Source: Amphiscolops sp. MND2022 (lineage: Eukaryota). From it: DNA of 64,000 nt. This document shows, one piece after another, positions 59,921 to 64,000 of this stretch. The notes under the pieces are model-generated. The model saw only the letters and a program-made list of their open reading frames with translations. It did not search any database and was not told the origin of the DNA. The stretch spans positions 74,092,001-74,156,000 of the forward strand of contig OZ076409.1 in assembly GCA_964187785.1 (NCBI GenBank), given 5' to 3'. Position numbers and translations under genes: made by a program. Each line of letters begins with the position of its first letter. The stretch's first letter is position 1.

Positions 59921-60631
59921 AATCAACTCCAACTTTCAAATGAAAAATTGTAAATGACAACTTGGAAGAAAAAATTAGATTCTCTTGCAAACCAGAATAC
60001 TAAATATTCAATTGGATTATCATGTGAAGTTTACAAAAAAGTGTTATAAACTTACGTACCGAGAAATTGTTTATTTATACAAAGTTGTACGCAAATGAAT
60101 AAATACTATGATGTTTTTGCTTTGAATTAATTATAAACGTTGATTTACAAAGTATATTTCAAGTTTGAATTATCATTGTCTTGATTTATGATAAACTCAT
60201 GATGGTGTGCAATGTGTAAATTTGTTTTAGAACAAATTACCTATTTTATAAATATGTGTTAAATTGAATAAAAATTAACGTAAAGTTTATTTTTTCAAAA
60301 ATAATATAGATGCAATGTCTGTATGAAGTAAGAAGTGAAAAAAATGAATACATTTATAATAGTCATTTAAGAAACTAAACTTCAGAAACTTGAGTTAGCA
60401 AAAAAAATGAAAAGTTTAAAAACAAATGCAAGTAGAAGAAAACCAAATACAAATAGGATAAACTCGAACAGGTTAAGCATTACATCTAAAAAAATTTTTA
60501 AATTTGTTCTCCATAATGGTACTCGTGTAGCAAAATTAATTACAACGTAAATAGTCCGTAGGCATGCCGAGGCATGCCTTTCGACGATGTATGCCAAATA
60601 CCCTTTACCGACGCCCGCGCTCCCTGGCTAG

Positions 60632-63600
60632 GTGCCCGGATTTCTATTCATTAAAGTATGTTGCGCGTGTGGGTAGGGCCCCTGGCGCGCTCTTGTGTCC
60701 CTGTTCTCATAACTGCAATTTCCGGCAGCATTCTGAGCGATTTTCTAAACTATCCATACGATTTGGCTGAAATTTGGCATGTGAGTTCCTATGACAGTTC
60801 TAAGAAACATTTCCTACTGGCGTTTTGCCCGGAAAATTTTTTTTGTTGACTTATAACGGTTTTTTTGGTCAAAAAATGCAATTTTTTCAAAAAAAATTTT
60901 TTTTCGGAGCCCATATCTTTTTTCAGGGTGCCCGGAGCGGGACGCGTTAAACTGATTATAAACTCTACGGTTCATGGGCTTTACGGAGAACCTAGGCTCG
61001 TTTCGATCGGACGAATAGTCTTGGAGATATAACGGCATTTTTTGGGAATTTTTTGGAAATTTTTCTAACGGTCCAGCTTATCTTTGCCATTTTTTCGAAA
61101 ATGTACTCGCCTAAAGGCCTCCCCTGGCCGGTTTTAATCCCAGCAAAACCATTTGGCCCTAAATACGGAGTTTCAGCGTTCCAGCATTCCCGGGCGAAAA
61201 GTTGTGGGACTTAGAAAAATTTCAAAATTTTTCAAAATTTTTTTTTCCGTTTTCCGCCCTCCCCCCCGAGGGGAAAAGACCCCCCAACCAGTAATTTGAG
61301 TGAATTCATGTGGAAAGGCCATGTTTAGAGAAGAAAAATGCCGTTTAGATCGTCTTTTTATTTTAACCTGTCGTTGACTTATGTTGTTTTGAAGGTGATG
61401 TTTGGATGTGTGAAGCATGTGAAAAGGTAATTTATTGTGTCTTTAGCTCTTCTAAAAGTCATTGAGATACACGGTGTGTGACTCAGAACGTGTTTAATTC
61501 TAATTTAGCAATGCATCAACACTTTTTTATGTCTTTTGACTCTGTTTTAAAAAATTTTTCTGACTAAAATCAAAAATTATTTATAATTATTCACATTTTT
61601 TTTCTGATCTCATGACTCGAAACAGTTGAGTACATTCCATCTCCCTTCACGGGGGAGATGAGAATGTACTCTTTAGAGACCAGGTACTACAGTACTTACC
61701 TTCCCGGAGCAACGCCCCATAAAAATTGCGTTTTGATCCAGATATTTTGACATAATTTTATCTTTGTAATTTGACTGGAAATGAAGAAAATGCCGCACGT
61801 GCTCTTTTATATCAAGTATCTTAACAACGCCATCTCTTTTACGTCAACGCCCCATACTTTACACCAACGCCCCCCGTCCGTGGGCATGCCGAGGCATGCC
61901 CTTCGACGACGTATACCAAGATATACTCCCGAGCGCGGTAGCCGCTAGGTGCCGGGATTTCTATTCGATAAAGTATGTGGCGCGTGTGGGTAGGGTCCCT
62001 GGCGCGCTCTTGGGTATGGTGTTCACCAGCTAGGAAATAGGGGTCGATTTTTCGGGATCTCCTAAACTAGCCACACGATTTGGCTGAAATTTGGCACACG
62101 TACCCCCCTCGGCTCGGTGAAGATGATTTCCTACTGACGTTTTTCCCGCAAAATTTTTTTTGTTGTCCAAAATAACGGTTTTTGGGGTAAAATTTTGAAT
62201 TTTTTTTGAATTTCATCTTATATCTCGCCACCGGTTTACGCTAGCGCTTCAAAACCCTGCTAAAGAAAGCTTGCAAACTGTCTCAGGAATGCGGTGTGAA
62301 ATTTTCAGCTCAATCGGACTTAAACTCGGGGAGATATAGCGTTTTTCCGGAGCGGGGGGGTTTCATTTTTCTAACGGTCCAGCTTATCTTTGCCATTTTT
62401 TCGAAAATGCACTCGCCTAAAGGCCTCCCCTGGCCGGTTTTATTCCCAGCAAAACCATTTGGCCCTAAATACGGAGTTTCAGCGTTCCAGCATTCCCGGG
62501 CGAAAAGTTGTGGGACTTAGAAAAGTTCAAAAATTTTCAAAAATTTTTTTTCCGTTTTCCGCCCTCCCCCCCTAGGGGAAAAGACCCCCCAACCAGTAAT
62601 TTGAGTGAATTCATGTGGAAAGGCCATGTTTAGAGGAGAAAAATGCCGTTTAGAACGTCTTTTTATCTTGGCTCAACGTTGACTTATGACGTTTTGAAAG
62701 TGATGTTTGGAGGTTTAAAGCACGTGAATAGTAAACGTTACGTTTATTTATCTGATCTGAAAGCCATTGAGATGAATATGGTTTGCTCAAAACGTAATTC
62801 ATGGCAGTTTGGCAATCAATCAACACCCTTTGTTGTCGTTTGACATACTTTTTTGTTGTTATAATAAAAAATTTTGTGTATTTATTCATTTTTTTCTCAT
62901 CAAATAACTTGAAACAGTTGAGTACATTCCATCCCCCCTTCCGGGGGAGATGAGAATGTACTCGCAAAAAGCACAGAACTACGGCCCTTACCTTCCCGAG
63001 CTACGCAGTATAAGGATTACATATTGGTTCCGACATTTTCATAGAGTTAAATCTTGGTAATCTGTCTGGGTATGCAGAAAAACCAGCACGTGCTTTTTTA
63101 TACCAAGTTGCTCACAACGACATTTATTTTATATCAACGCCCCCATATTTATCAACGCCCCCCGTCCGTGGGCATGCCGAGGCATGCCCTTCGACGACGT
63201 ATACCAAGATATGTTTGAGCGCGTTAGCCTAGGTGCCGGTGTTTTTCACGACAAAGAAAGTTGCGCGCTTTGGGTAGGGTCCCGGCGCGCTTTTGGGGTT
63301 CATTTTAACAACCTGATCTCCCGTTGCACGTATGTCCGATTTTCCAAACTATCCTACCAATTTTGCTGAAATTTTGCATGTGGGTCCCTATGAACATTCT
63401 AAGAACAAATCCCTACTGGCGTTTTGCCCGGAAAATTTTTTTTGTTGACTTATTGACAATTTTAGGTGCCGAAAATGACGTTTTTTCAAAAAAAAAATTT
63501 TTAGGAGCCCATATCTCGCTCCCAGGTGCCCGGAGCGGGTCGCATGTGGACGTTGATATTGCTAGGCACTTCGTAAGGAGTCTGTAGACAAATTTTGGTT

Positions 63601-64000
63601 CAGATTGGATGAAAATTGATTGAGTAATAGCCGCAAATTGGACGCATTTTGTCGAATTTTTTCGAAACCCCAGTCTATCTCTGCCGTTTTTTGCCCAGAT
63701 TTTTTTCTAGACCCTCTCCTAAAGGCTTCCCCTGGCCGGATTACCTCCCAGCAAAACCATTTGGCCCTAAATACGAAGTTTCAGCGTTCTAGCATTCTCG
63801 GGCGAAAAGTTGTGGGACTTAGAAAAAATTTTTTGAAAACGCAAAATGTGTAAAGTCAACTTTAGGCCTCCCAAAGTCAAGGAACTTCCACACAACTAGG
63901 ATTGCAAGTGGATGCATGTGGGAAGTGCTTAAATAGGCGAGGAAAATGAGCTATTATAAAACTCTCTAGCTTAACCTGACGTTGACTTATGACAATTTTA
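60632..64000 (+). mobile_element. Two complete type A units (1317, 1284 bp) and one partial unit
   Basis: Junction CTAG ends at 61948 and 63232. The partial unit from 63233 is near-identical to the start of 16604-17885. Confidence 0.8.

Larger units (their letters stand above)
46718..60631 (+). mobile_element. Putative autonomous Helitron-like rolling-circle element 2 (13.9 kb)
   Basis: Type A-like left ~780 bp, then an AT-rich interior with a cargo gene, Rep-helicase and ORF2. Terminal hairpin at 60560-60579 and CTAG at 60628-60631. Confidence 0.88.
1..64000 (+). repeat. Heterogeneous head-to-tail tandem array of rolling-circle (Helitron-like) units; extends beyond both window edges
   Basis: Invariant CTAGGTG junction with CTAG ending at 805, 2067, 3455, 4729, 5996, 7277, 8537, 10507, 12678, 14055, 15316, 16603, 17885, 20850, 22823, 24793, 26785, 28065, 29343, 30632, 31914, 33202, 45429, 46717, 60631, 61948 and 63232. 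All are in the same orientation, with the conserved hairpin upstream in 26 of 27. Confidence 0.95.

Noticed and set aside
1..64000. Bacterial integron (attC cassettes) or IS91/ISCR element
   Set aside because: No tyrosine recombinase or attC R/L boxes. The enzyme is a Helitron-type Rep-Pif1 fusion with spliceosomal introns. The integron comparison is only an analogy.

Overview
Eukaryotic DNA (short GT-AG introns, TTTCAG acceptors; host not identifiable from the window). The whole 64 kb is one uninterrupted head-to-tail array of rolling-circle (Helitron-like) units, with no recognisable host DNA between them. There are 27 junctions, each with the invariant core CTAGGTG. 26 are preceded ~40 bp upstream by the hairpin (G/A)GGCATGCC-GA-GGCATGCC(C/T). 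They delimit 26 complete units: 16 of ~1.26-1.32 kb, 2 of ~1.38 kb, 4 of ~1.97-1.99 kb, two composites (2.2 and 3.0 kb), and two apparently autonomous elements of 12.2 and 13.9 kb. Each large element encodes a ~2335-aa Zn-finger/HUH(Y2) Rep/Pif1-like helicase protein with an unusual C-terminal SLX1-type GIY-YIG-like domain. It is followed by a spliced ~330-350-aa Cys-motif protein, possibly OB-fold/ssDNA-binding. The second element also carries a predicted 180-aa spliced cargo gene. Different unit types join in shuffled order exactly at CTAGGTG and are internally mosaic. This suggests (inference) a self-targeting, cassette-like rolling-circle system rather than ordinary dispersed Helitrons or a homogeneous satellite.
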